Assembly (NCBI RefSeq): GCF_000743755.1
Contig: NW_014569442.1
Span: forward strand, 1 to 32,759
From: Blastocystis sp. subtype 4
Lineage: Eukaryota
Length of the DNA: 32,759 nucleotides
Direction: 5' to 3'
Below the pieces are notes generated by a model that worked only from the letters and a program-made list of their open reading frames with translations, was not told the DNA's origin and made no database searches. Shown here one piece after another: positions 32,661-32,759 of the stretch. The number at the start of each line of letters is the position of its first letter. The stretch's first letter is position 1. The translations under genes and the position numbers were made by a program.

Positions 32661-32759
32661 TTACTCCGACTTCACTTTACCATTGGTGCTGAGATTGAGC
32701 CAACGAAGGAAAGGAATCACAATCGTCACGAAGCAAGCTACTCCCAGAATGATATACTC
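32661..32759 (-). CDS. C-terminus of a membrane protein with KxKxx ER-retrieval motif (partial)
   Basis: EYIILGVACFVTIVIPFLRWLNLSTNGKVKSE*, followed by TGTTTGTT. Confidence 0.6.
   Translation of the reverse strand, partial: EYIILGVACFVTIVIPFLRWLNLSTNGKVKSE

Noticed and set aside
1..32759. Pseudogenes, alternative genetic code, CRISPR or mobile elements as explanation for fragmented ORFs
   Set aside because: In-frame stops and frameshifts are resolved by short introns; no repeat-spacer array, terminal repeats or transposase seen.

Overview
Very compact eukaryotic nuclear DNA (AT-rich), not prokaryotic. It holds about 21 protein genes split by many ~27-35-nt GT-AG introns, one tRNA-Leu, and intergenic gaps as short as ~30-60 bp. 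Three traits point to the gut stramenopile Blastocystis (inference): the ~30-nt introns, a TGTTTGTT-like element 4 nt past many CDS ends, and stop codons completed only by poly(A). Hand-spliced genes in order: Ig-like/Cys-repeat surface protein (partial), divergent UAP1-like pyrophosphorylase, GOS1, cyclin-P, Rab5-family GTPase, fucosyltransferase-like GT, eIF3j, GT49, tRNase Z, a C2HC/NPF/PH protein, a B-box/TFIIS-like protein, Rab escort protein, a WD40-UBR7 fusion, an M16 peptidase, a hypothetical protein, Rac, PIG-Y-like, HSP20, a second cyclin-P, HINT1 and a partial membrane protein. The standout signal is four miniature (41-46 nt) U12-type introns, three AT-AC and one apparently AT-AG, with the branch motif only 5-7 nt from the 3' splice site; one interrupts the HXXEH active site of the peptidase. 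All gene models are manual and lack transcript confirmation.
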